In this document: piece after piece, positions 32,579 through 45,100 of the stretch
Position numbering within the stretch: the stretch's first letter is position 1
Layout: the number at the start of each line of letters is the position of its first letter
Assembly (NCBI GenBank): GCA_964187785.1
Contig: OZ076409.1
Coordinates: forward strand, 63,304,001-63,368,000
Reading direction: 5' to 3'
Length of the DNA: 64,000 nucleotides
Origin: Amphiscolops sp. MND2022
Lineage: Eukaryota
Made by a program: the position numbers and the translations under genes
Notes under the pieces: model-generated
Database searches by the model: none
What the model saw: the letters and a program-made list of their open reading frames with translations, nothing else
What the model was told of the DNA's origin: nothing

Positions 32579-34281
32579 GACTCATCATTGGAAGATGAAG
32601 ATTGAGAATTGGACGATGCTGGCTTGTTCTGAGGTTTTTGAGCTTTGGAATTTGGTTTATTATCATTTGAATCCTCAGATCTGTTGCGCTTGGGTTTAAG
32701 GTGTGCACCTGCGCCTTGCCAACATCTGTCTTCTGGATGGTTCTTCTTGCCACAAGTTCCACACTCAGGATAAGTTTTCTTCTGAGTCGATTTGCCTTGT
32801 TGGGCATCTTTCTCTTTTTTCTTTTTCAACTTTTTACAGTCTTTGACCATATGGCTCTTTTCCTTGCAGTAATTGCAAGTTATGCCCGACATTTGCCCAG
32901 TGGAAAGAGGAGTTTTGGGCTTAGAGGATGAGGAGGTCATTGTAGCCATAGGTAGGTCATCTGACTCCTCGAGAGCATTAAGCTCTAAATCCCTCTCCAA
33001 GTGAGCAACTATTTCGCCGTATGAGCCATTTTCTAATCTGGCCATCTTGACCGATCGCTCAAGTTTTGGAGGCAGTTTTGCGTACAGGAGACTGTCAATC
33101 ATTTTCTGTGCGTGGTCTCCGAACGCCTTTTCTGCGCCTTGATTTAATTCTTCAAGGAAGTCTGGTAACTTCATTGTGTTTGTGTCAAAGACCGAACGGT
33201 GCCATTTATGTTTGGCGGTCGCTTGCGACTCGGGCTTGTTGTATTTACGTCGGAAGATGACTAATACGTCCTCACGTGTTTGTCTATTAGCTGAGCTGAT
33301 GTTTCTGAACGTCTGAAAAGCATTTTTCCTCAAAAGTGAGTGAAAGTGATTGATTTTCATCTGTTCCGTCATTTCTGGCAGCATCTTGATCATGGTATGA
33401 AAAAGATCTTCGAATAACTCAAATTTTTCACTTTTGCCGTCAACGGTCATGGTATTAGAATTGACCGGGCGTCTAGTGAGTTGTTGAGCTGTTGGTCGGT
33501 TCTGCATATTGGTCAAGACGTCTGCCGGTCTGCTAATTGGGTCTGGATCGGTAGCCGTGGCGGTTTTCTCTCGTGCTGGAATCGTCGTGTCAAGGTTGAT
33601 GTACCCATAGGACTGACCGAGGTGATTTCGAGATGGAATACGTCCCGTCAGAAACTCAGGAACTGGATTTGGAGATTCGTTGTCTCCTGTCACCATGTCA
33701 TGAACCTTATGACTAGATAAATCACCATTTTGATGACCTCCGTCCTGTTCATTTCTCAGATTGCTTTTTGCATTCAGGCCCCGCTGAACTTCGGTATTAG
33801 GTTCCGGTCTCTCAGTCGGAACGTTCCAACCTTTTCTGGTCACATGTCCTGATCCGGCCATAACGACGTTTCGAATCTGGGGAAGTACCTGATTGCTTAT
33901 AGCGGCCTTTTTGACCCTTTGGATTTTGACACTGACTGAACTCATCATCTCGTCCATTTCTCGGGATATGCGAGAATTTAGCTCACTTGACAATCTATTG
34001 ATTTCAGCACTTGAATTAGCAGTAACTGAGTTACGGTCAAAATCGGCACTGGTACTAGAATTGGTAACCCTCTGGTTCCTATGTGTGCTACCTTCACCAT
34101 TTTCTGACTCATTGCTAATGAGGCTTCCTGACCTCCTAGGACGGTTGCTATTTAAGCTCCCTTCTCTCCCTCCTGTATTGAAACGATTTTCGCCTAACAA
34201 TATATCAAGATTTTCAATGTGTGACAGCATTTCAAGTCCTCTTGACTTTGTAGCTTTCTTCTGATTTCTAGTTTTAGGCAT
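32569..34281 (-). CDS. gag: Gag of element 2 (open, 570 aa)
   Basis: C-terminal two thirds highly similar to element 1 Gag, with both knuckles and the AAAAAAC slip site. Confidence 0.85.
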   Translation of the reverse strand: MPKTRNQKKATKSRGLEMLSHIENLDILLGENRFNTGGREGSLNSNRPRRSGSLISNESENGEGSTHRNQRVTNSSTSADFDRNSVTANSSAEINRLSSELNSRISREMDEMMSSVSVKIQRVKKAAISNQVLPQIRNVVMAGSGHVTRKGWNVPTERPEPNTEVQRGLNAKSNLRNEQDGGHQNGDLSSHKVHDMVTGDNESPNPVPEFLTGRIPSRNHLGQSYGYINLDTTIPAREKTATATDPDPISRPADVLTNMQNRPTAQQLTRRPVNSNTMTVDGKSEKFELFEDLFHTMIKMLPEMTEQMKINHFHSLLRKNAFQTFRNISSANRQTREDVLVIFRRKYNKPESQATAKHKWHRSVFDTNTMKLPDFLEELNQGAEKAFGDHAQKMIDSLLYAKLPPKLERSVKMARLENGSYGEIVAHLERDLELNALEESDDLPMATMTSSSSKPKTPLSTGQMSGITCNYCKEKSHMVKDCKKLKKKKEKDAQQGKSTQKKTYPECGTCGKKNHPEDRCWQGAGAHLKPKRNRSEDSNDNKPNSKAQKPQNKPASSNSQSSSSNDESKN

Positions 34282-35458
34282 TAAGACACACCGGGTCAAA
34301 TATTGAATTATTTAAACCGGAAAACTAACAGGTTTACTGCTTTATAAACGTCTTATCTAGATCAGGTAAAGGAACAATTGTGTCCCTCCTGGGCAAGATG
34401 TCTCAATATATACTCCCAGATGAGTGACACTCACATTCTTTACATTCACCAGTTAAGAAATGAAATCATATGATACGCAACATCCAAGGAAATATCCTGG
34501 CGCTTGCATATTTCGGGATTTTCAGTCAACAACATCAGAAAGATATTCAATCAGAATAATAGCATCAAACAATTTATCAGCTAAAGTATTCGCACCGAAG
34601 TGTCAACAAATACCACAGGTTACATTCTTCACAATGGAATGTGGTGAAGGCACGTGCCGACACACGCTTACTATTAGGTGCGTCAAGAAAATAAAATGCG
34701 CTGATACATGTGGGGATTTAATACAACTCATTCTTAATATTAGCATCTCAGAAGTACATTTTCAAATTATGGCCAGAATTGGCCAAAACCATAAGGTGGA
34801 ATAATACATCAGGTGGATGTGGAAAAGGGCCTTAATTGTCCATTCCACTGGGATAAGTTTATTCAGTTACTAGTACAGCACATAAGCATCCATTTAGTGT
34901 AAAGCACAAACACATTAGCTCCGGTTAAATACAAGCCTAATTAGCGCCAATGCATCATAATATACAAATTAGCCGGAACCGGCCATTTGACTAAAGTACC
35001 AATAAAAGCGAGCTATAATAAGTCAAAAGGCCTTATTCGGCCAGAATTGAACAAAGCACTAATACTACAAAAGAAACGATCTGATTGGCTAATAATTGCA
35101 CTGCGAGCTTTAACGCCGAGAAGGGAAGTTTCCGCATTCGAACTCGTTTCCTTCTTGCGATCAAATTGCATGCTTCTTACCATTGCATCATTTCAATCTG
35201 CATTTCAACTTCACATCTTTTACAAATTTCATCAACAATCCGATTTGGATAATCCCAAATCGTAATTTTTTACAGACTAATAACATAAGTAGCAACGTAT
35301 AAAAAATGTACTGATTGAAAAGATAGACATAACTGTCAAATATGAGTTTCAATTCTAAAAGTTTACAGTTTAAAATGTTGGTAATGTACCTGGCATAATT
35401 TCCTGTCCTGTAGTTGATGTGGTTATCTTCGTGCCATCACAGGCGGCAGCCTGCGACA
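33696..35458 (-). repeat. 5' LTR of element 2
   Basis: TGTCG...TGACA followed by TGGTGACAGGAG. Direct repeat of 26186-27933 with many substitutions and small indels. Confidence 0.9.
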
Positions 35459-36173
35459 CCCCGCATTAGCTGGGGGAAAGTACTTGAAATATTGTAATGC
35501 ATTTACGGAAGGTGATATGTTGTTATTGAATAAAATGATGTGAGAACTGACAATTTTATAAAATCAATGGCAGTAAAAAATGGTGATTGTTATTTATTGG
35601 TTATTAGTTTTGATTGCGTCAATTCCATCTGCTGGAGATTCGTTTCTGAAGACTTGGGAATTAATTCTGTCTTCAAACGTTTTTGTTTAAGAAAAAAATC
35701 TTTTGTGTCTTATTCCGTAATTTACAACTTATTCCGGTTGTTCTAGGTCTTATTCCTCTACTTTTCGGTTTTTGGTCCTATTCCTATTGAAATTTCAGGC
35801 CTTATCCCTTAGGTCTTACTCCTGGTCACCTTAGGAATCAAACTGGAAAGTATGAACTTACTATTTGTCATGTCAACTCTGCACCTTAGAGCAAAACGTA
35901 CTTCAATGTGAACTTTTCTCTATAGCCCAACGAATTGTTTTTGCCACTGGTATGTATAAATGGCTGCTTACATTTCATAAAAAGGGAAAAATTTTCCCTA
36001 ACTCACAAAACGTTTTTAAATACAACCCAGATAATGGAGAATTTGGTATATGATGACGCGTTGGCATTCTATTGAACTTCATCGAATAACTCACTGAATA
36101 ATTCGTGGAATATTCATGAATTTTTCAGGCCTGAATTAATCCTTAACAACCTTGGTGTCAAAGTCAACCTCAC

Positions 36174-39100
36174 CTGAACCAATCCTTGATGGCCCTGGCA
36201 GCACCACTGTTCTCACTCGTACGACTGCGTGACCTCTCTGACCTTTTGGGGCTCACACTCTTGTTTCTGCTGCGACCCCTCCTCACAGGGCTGAATGCCG
36301 ATTTTCGACCGGGGTTAGGCGGATCAGGGGCTACAAAATAGAAAATCAAATTTTAAAAAATGTTCATCAAATTATGATATGGAAAAAATGTGGGTATTCG
36401 CTTATTTGTGGTTTGGAAACTTCAACACTATACAAAGTCATGGAAATATAATTGGGAGAAAACTTTCAGTAGATTCTAAAAAACACTAGTGTAAAATGAA
36501 AGGTTCAGAGATTTTCCAAAAGGGAAATGCATTTTTTTCAAGTGCTTCGACGACCTTGAAGATGCACAGCAAAAAAAACTCAGTCATTAGCAATAAAATT
36601 ATTTGACTCAATCATTGTAAAAACATATAACTATAAAAACAAAACGAGCGACGCATTAAATAGGTTTTGCGGACAGCAAACCAGATATCGAGCAATACAA
36701 TAGTTTGACGTGTTCCTAAGTATTCATTTGGTTCGCTGGTTTTGTTACGGAAAAGGGATCTAGAGGAACGAAAAAAGCTTAACACAACTAGGTGTAGTTG
36801 CATTTCGGACCTGGAACAGTGTTGAAGGTCACGCTAGTGCTGCTTCGGGGTGAAGGCTGACTCTGACCATCAGACAAGGTCACGTTACCGACCTGGACCA
36901 CTAGAGAGTTCCTGTTGCTCTTGACATTGCCCTGACCCGAGGTCGTATCTCCAGTCACCGCTGGAGATATCTTTCTCTCACTTCCTTGACCCATGAACAT
37001 GAGCTCCAACGTAACAGTACCCTGGAAAAAGGCATTAATTAAATCTCGAAAGAAAATAAAAACGTGAACAAAATTTGTTAAGTTGAAAGAAGAAAAGCTA
37101 TTCAAATGGGACAAAGGTACAAAATTATTGAAATTCTATAAGAATGCCAAATCAAATATTTGAAAATATTTTGATCCTTTGTGTTACTTTTTCTCCGAGA
37201 AAAGGAATCAACAAAGTTACCTTCAGAGTTGAGCGACACGAAATACTTAAATTTACCAGCGTGGCTGAACTCTATCCTAACGTTTCACTGAACTCACATG
37301 TTGGCTGGCGCCTGTTGTGACGTAGGGGTTGACGAGTTTGAATGTGTGACGGGAAACATTGACCCGTCTGCACTCGAGCAGGTCCACTTTGCACTGACCC
37401 AAAATATTCTTGTCTTGCGACTGGTCCCGATCATACACAGTCACTGTCAGGTACTTCGTCCTGCACGGAAATTTAACAAGCATGTGTAGTAGCATGTACA
37501 AGGAAACGGAACCATTCAGGGTTTTTTTGCTATTGTGAAACAAAATAGCTCGAAATTATCAAGATTTCGTTGCTTCGAAAATTTCGGTTAGGATTGAAAT
37601 TACGAACAGGCCTTCAATTCAGAAATTGTTTTCGATGTCTCCAACTGCAGATTAGAATACAAGCTGAACCAAAATAATTGACGAAATACATACGAGTTTT
37701 TCCAAACACTCTATTTCAATTCTAAATTCAAATATTACCCAGAAGTTTTGTGAGGTTGCATTTTTGGCAGAAAATGCCATGACTGTTTTTGTGCAACCGA
37801 TACTCACTAAAACATGGATTTTCATACCTCCTTCCAATGTCAAATAGGAAGTGTTCGTCCCAGAAAGGCTCCACAGTTGAGTGGATGGTGTTGGTTCTGT
37901 GCTTCTGGGCGGGGAAGTCTGACTCCAACATGCAGTACGGGTTGCAGGTCCCTGCAAATACATGCACGTGAACCATTCATGGGAGACATGGGTAATCGCA
38001 GTGACGTAATTTCAGATAGAGTGCATTTCATGATTAATTTTATTTTGAATGCTAAAAATCCACCTATCAGGAGATGATTAGCGATCAGAAGAAAAGTAGC
38101 ATTCCGGGTCTAACGCATCATAGATGTAAATGCAATTCCCTGCATGAAAGCATACAATTTCATGCAAGAAAAGCAATACGTTTTCTATTCATGGAATCGC
38201 ATGGAAGTCCATGTATCCAGTTTCCACAGAATAAAGTTGATCTTATGAATCAATGTATGCATACATCGAATTGCATGGAAATCTGATTAAGTAGGTCCCG
38301 GAAAGCCTTGAACAAGACTCAGCACCCAATGTAATAAAGATTTCGACATGCTTATGACAAGCGTTCCATGGTCCATAGCTTGTCACAATTATGGCAAGTG
38401 TCAATTGATGTATCGCAATTTTGGATTTTTAATGGCTAGTAAATTTTGCTGTGATGCAATGAGAAAGAGACTTATCTCAAACCTGTTTCAGTGGACACTG
38501 GGCTTAACATGTTAGCCTTGATTACTTTCACCAATAATCTTCTGTCAGTTGGTCTGAAACAAAAAAGCTGGAAATTCATTAAGAAAACAAAATCGTCACT
38601 GAAAGATACAAAATCAAACAAATGCGAACAGGAAATAAATCGACAAAAGTCCGTATCTCAGGTAGAATCACTTTGATATGACACGTTATTTGGAAAATTG
38701 ATCAAGATCGGTTGTATCAGAACATATCGTCAACATTATATCTATAGAAAACTATTATCACTTGACAGCCAAATTTCCAAAATCACTCAGTGAACTCTTA
38801 AATCATTTCTTATTTGACTTATCTTGCCGTCTGAACTCAAGTTGAGTTTCTTCCAAATAAATCTCTTCTTGTTTTTAATGTTCCACTTATCATCATTGAA
38901 ACGTTTCACACAGGGCATTTCAACAACTTATTTGTATTGCAATATATTTCAATATTTGTATTGTTGTCATATTCGGTTCATTCCGGTTTGACCTTTACCA
39001 AGTTTCGGTTCGAAGAACTTCACACTCTATTATGTGTCTAGCCTGCCATGTTTATTTACAAACAGAACTTTTGCTACATACATAATTAGATTTACCATTA

Positions 39101-42100
39101 TATACATTTTGGTACTTATGATATAGTTGCCGAACTATACATATAGAAAGTATCTTAACCCTCTCTTTTAAATTAGAAGCTTCTTTGTTGAGAATAGAAC
39201 ATGGCACAGTCAGCCGATTTTTAAAAACCAACTGGAACTCTTTTAACAGAACAAAGCTATGACGGAAAAAAACACGGTACCGAACCTAGAAGCAAAGGCT
39301 TCGGATGGAAAGGCAATATATACACCGAGACAATGGTTGGAACGATTTCGGCAATTCCCAAAACGGGAACACAAAATAGATATTGAACCACTAATGAAAG
39401 AAGAAGACATTACCGAATGGTCCGGAAAAGAACAAATCATCCAGGAAGATATTATCAGGGGGGTTGGGACCCGAAGCACTGTACCAGATAACCCGCGCTG
39501 AATATAAAACGGAACCGGATAGTATCAAGATCAAAAGTTTGATCCGGTTATTTACCGAGTACTATCTACCGAAGCGGAACACATATCACAACCGCGGAGA
39601 TTTTTTCTGGGCAGAACAAACGGAAGAAGAAACACCCGAAGAGTTCTGGAGAAGACTAATCGAGATCGAAAAAAATTCAACTTCAATACAATATCATCCG
39701 AAGAACTACTAATATCCAAATACATGACAGCAAACACCGATAAAAAATTACGGGACAAAATGATGAGAGAGAAAACGCTGGAACTGAATAAAACAATCGA
39801 ACTAATAAAACAAAACACATACGAAAAGAAAAACAAGAAAAACACAAAACCGGAAGCTTTGATTTCGACAAAAGAAAGACACATAATAAAAGAAGAACCG
39901 ATACAAAGTATGGAAAAATTCGAGACAAGACCAAAAACCAAAATCACGGGAAACAGACCATGCAGATTTTGTGGAGAACCATTACACAAATGCCCAGCAC
40001 AAGAAACAAACTGTAACAAATGCGGAAGAAAAAGACATTACGCAAAAGTATGCAGACAAAAGTACGTCAACAACCGAACAGTGAAAAAATTAACCAAAGA
40101 AGAAACTGACGACCGAAACGAAACATCAACCGATTCGGAAGAAAGCATACACCATATCAGAGAAATAAAGTAAATCGAAGAAAAGAATAAACACTACACT
40201 GCAACAGTGAAGAGAAACGGGAAAAAGAAAGAATTCAAAATTAACTCCGGATCATCAATAACAATAATGCCACCAGATGAAACGATACTAGAACTAACCG
40301 GGATACAGAAAATCACAAACAGATATCAAGAGGTAAACAAAAATGAAGTAAAATTCCGGGGGAAAATTCCGGTAAATGTAGAGTACGAAAACAACAAACA
40401 GAAAATGGACATCCTAATAACCGAAAGAACGGACATGACACCACTGTTAGGGATGGACTGGGTGAAGAAATTCAAACCAACAATCGGAAAGATACAATTG
40501 GCCGAAACCAACTAATCGGAACGCGAGAAAGTGTTCAACAAATTTACGGACTTGTAAACTTTTTTTTTACAAGAATAACGAAGAATAATTTTTACAGAAT
40601 AACGAAACGATAAAAAACACCGAAATAAATATCCAACTGAAACCGGGACATTATCCAGTTAAACAAAAAGCCAGACCGGTACCACTCCACCTACAAGAAG
40701 ATGTAGGACGAAAATTGGAGAAACTAATAAAAACAGGACATCTAGAAAAAATCAACGATGTAGACGAAGACTGTTTTGTTTCACCGATTGTAATCACAGT
40801 AAAATACAATAAATCGGTAAAAATAGCACTGGATTCACGGAAACTAAACGACAGCTGCATCAAAATGAGACTACACATGCCGAAAATCGAGGAATTACTA
40901 AACCATCTTTCGGTTGAAATTTCCCGAGACCGGACACTACAACTGTTCATATCAAAAATAGATCAAGACTATACATACGTTCAGATGAAACTATCAGAAG
41001 AAACAAGCCGACAATGTGTATTCGCAATAATCGGGGGAAATTTAACGGATATTACCGATTCAAAAAAGGGTTTTAAGGTCTCGTCGATATACCCACATTA
41101 TTTCAGAAAAAAATTACCAAACACTCGAATACAGCACACCAGCCTGGTTAGATGACATAATCATAGTAACCCAGGTAAGCAAACAAGAACATGAGAAGAA
41201 ATTATTCGACATATTGAATGAACTGGAAAAAGCCGGTTACCGAGCAAGCAAAAAAATCCGAATTTTTTATGTATCGGATAAAATGATTGGGCCACGAAAT
41301 TGACGAAAACGGAATAAAACCGAATGAGGAAAAAGTGGAGGCCATTCTAAAATTAGAACCACCGAAAAACACGAAAGAACTAAAATCGTTCCTCGGAGCA
41401 ATCCAATACATGGCAAAATTCCTACCGAAACTTTCGGGAAGAATCGACAGACTTCGGAAATTACTAAAGAAAAGCGAGACATGGAAATGGGGAACCGAAC
41501 AACAAGAGGACTTCGAAAAAACAAAACAGATGCTTACCGGAAGCCCATGTCTTGCACATTACGCAAAAGATAAAGAAAACATAGTCACGACTGATGCAAG
41601 TACAACCGGACTCGAAATTACACCATGGCAAAAACAAGATGACGGTAACACTAAACCGATAGCTTACGGAAGCCGATATTTAAATGACACCGAAAAGAAA
41701 CAATCCATCGGTGAATTGGAAATATTGGCGGTGGTGTGGGGACTAGAAAAGTTTCGATTCTACCTATACGGAAGAAGAGTTCATCTCTATACCGACCACC
41801 AAGCATTAGAAACAATAATTAAAAGAAACCGAAGTAACAAACAAAACAGCGCGAGTTTAACAAGATGGTTAGATTGACTTACGCATTTTGACATAGCAAT
41901 ACAACACATCGCAGGCAGTAATTTGAAATTCACCGATTATTTCAGCAGAAATCCGGTAGGGGGAGCCATGCCGGAAGAAAATTACGATGAAGAATATGTA
42001 ATTAACATACTCGCCGACCAAGTAAAATTAAATTTGAAATACGGACCACTATTCGCGGGTGGTGAATCAAAATCGTAGCGAAACTATAATCGAAAGAAAG

Positions 42101-45100
42101 AAGAATGATTCCGAGACACACACTGAGCGCAAAATAAACCAATCACAAACGAATGAAACGTCCGAGAATGAAAAACACGTGAACTAAATCGAACAAAACA
42201 AAATAACAGCATCCGGGCAGTCCGAAATTAGCACTCCAAATTTCAGCAAGCCATCTGTTAAAACAGAAAACGATAAAAAGGACCGAGAAAACTTTTACCA
42301 TTGGGGAGCCACTAGAGAGATTATGGATATAATCAGGAGGAGAAACAACAGCCCCGAAACACGGAGACTAGTGGAACAGCGAAACAATCTATCAAGACCG
42401 GGAACGCTAAGACGCCGGTATGACCACCAGACACAAAGAACGATATACGCACCCTCCCGGCCAAACAAATGGAGTAGGGAGGAAATAGCCGAAATCGACA
42501 CTGAACTTATCGGGAGAGCCAACAGAATCGGCGGTGGTTATCAACAAATAGAGATTGAAGAAGAACAGGAAGAACCGGAAGACATACGGGAAGAAGGAGA
42601 GATCGAACAAGCAGCCGAAACGGAAGAATATAGCGTGATCATGCGGGGCGATAACTTACCGATCGTGGATTTATCGAAATACAACACCGACGGAAAAAAG
42701 GCGAAATATATTCAGATGAACCATATCGTCGGAAAACTCACAACGAACGAAAAAGCTACCGAAGATCATATCAAGAAAGCAGAATTCGAATTCATGATGG
42801 ACTTAAAAACATTGATCTCAAAAACCGCAATCGACCCCGAACTGACCCGAGTACGCAACAGCATGCGCCGAGAAGACAAGAAGACAATTCCGGAAGGATA
42901 CCGGACAGCATTCGACAAACTGTCAATCAGGTGGGGCCTCATATTTGTCGATGATCAAATCGTCGTTCCAATAGATCTCAGAAGACGATTACTTGACATA
43001 CTGCATTTTGGTCACTCCGGTACAACCAAAATGATCTAGGAAGCGAAGATATTCTGGTGGCCGGGAATGAAACAAGACATCGAGAACAGAGTCAAGGACG
43101 GCACCGCATGTCTAGCATCAGGTAAAAACCTCAAATACCAATTACCGAAAAAACATTATTACCGAAAAAGAACTAGAAAATTATCCGAACCCGGCCAAGA
43201 AATACAAATCGATTTTACCGGAAAATTACATAACAAAAATTTAAACGGTGAAATACAAATACTAATAGCGGTAGACAGATTTAGTAAATGGCCAAGAGTA
43301 AAAGTTTGCAAAACATCGGAAGCGAAAGAAGTAATTAACTTCCTAACGAGTAATTTCCACCTATACGGAATTCCCGAAAAAATTAAATCCGATAGAGGCG
43401 GAGCTTTTGTCTCGAAAGAATATAAACAATTTTGCAAAGACCGGAATATAGAAATAGAATACTGGATTTTCAAACAGTCGAAAGGGTACCCCTTTTTACA
43501 ATTTTAAAAACTTTGCGCTTTTTGAGTCTTAGATATAGCGCCGACTTTTGACGTTCCCGTCTTGTTCTTTCTTTGTTTTTCTCTCCAAAGTCTTCAAATT
43601 TAGCATATTGCAATAGATTGCAATAGATTTATTTTTGGTAATGTTCATTGCAAAATCTTTATTGGAAATACTTTAATCCAAGATAATATTGCAATATTAT
43701 TTTGAAAAACCCTGGTGTCACAGCGTGAATAGAAGCAAAACTTCGGGAAGAACAAATTTTTCTATATTTTCAAAGTATCTGATATCAGTGGTCAACTTTC
43801 TACATTGAAATGTTTCACAAAAGTAACATAGTATCACAAATAGATGGAAGGGACATTTTTGTCCTTTCTAATTTCTGAAAAATTTTAACTGAAGGTAATA
43901 TACCCTTTGGATTCATAGCAAATACGCAGCGAAAATATACGCTCTGTTGAACAAAATGAACGACGCTCTGTAAAGGTGTATCGTTCGGTGTGAGTCTGCA
44001 ACAAAACGGGAACTTCTAAAGCCGGCGGGCGCTATATCTAAGGCCCAAAAAGCGCAGATTTGAAAGACGCGTAGGACGTTTTCATGAAAAACTGTTTTCG
44101 AACCTCTGCCTCCTCCTTACAAAAACGCAATATAAGTCGGATATAACGTCAAAAATTCGGATATAGTGCTTAACTCCGGATATTACGAGGGGAACTTCAG
44201 TTAAATCGAAAGGGGACCCTTTGAAGACAGAAAAAATTCGAAAAAAAGTGTCACAGCGCCGAAAAAAAAATTGAACGGGCGACTTTTAGTCGCGTCTGGT
44301 TTTGTATGCTACGTTTAAAAAGTAAAAACTGAAGTTAGCGATAACTTAGATGCATTTCCCAGCTATCCGTTTAGTTAACCAAAACCGAACAAAAATTTCG
44401 TCGCTTCGAGTCTGTCTTGAAGAAAAAATGAGTGACTGTAATAGTCCGGCTCTTTTATTAATAAAAGCGCCGACTAAAAAACAGCTTCTGGTCCGCACCC
44501 CGATCTAAACTCAAAAAACAAAAAGTCATACAAATATGCTCCGTGGTGAGTTTTTTCGAGAAACTAGCCAGGATCTCTGGTGTTGTATTTGACCCAAAAA
44601 TTTCCAGACAGGACACCCACAGGGCACAGGAATTTTTTCTGCCCTTAATTAGTTCAGCAACAACTAGTTTTAGGGCTTGAGCGTAGCTAATAAAGAAAAT
44701 GGCACGTATTTACTCTGAAATACATTCAAACCGTTTTATCAAAACAGTATCTTAATTGTTTGGCGGGTGACCTGTTAAAAATCATTCCCACGAAAAAATG
44801 TAAAACTGTGCTAATTTCATGAAACAGTAAAAAATCGAAAAATTATTTGTAATTTCAAAAAAACTTTCCAAAATTTTCAATATTTCAATATTTTCAAAAA
44901 GTATGTTTATGAGCTACTTCTTTTTTTGTTGAATTTGTTGATACTCATGGCGCCGAAAACGTTTAGAAATGCATTAAAAACTGCGTAAAAAGATCCAAAA
45001 ACAAGCCGGGAACTTCATAGGTTGGCGCCATATCTAAGGCTCAAAAATAGCAAAAAGACATGAAAGTGTCAAAAAACTCAAAGTATCAAACTCACAAAAA

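Larger units (their letters stand above)
26186..35458 (-). mobile_element. Older, internally deleted relative of element 1 (element 2, ~9.3 kb)
   Basis: LTRs 33696-35458 and 26186-27933. TSD CCCCG at 26181-26185 and 35459-35463. PBS, gag, 5' part of pol, and remnants of both accessory genes. Confidence 0.93.
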
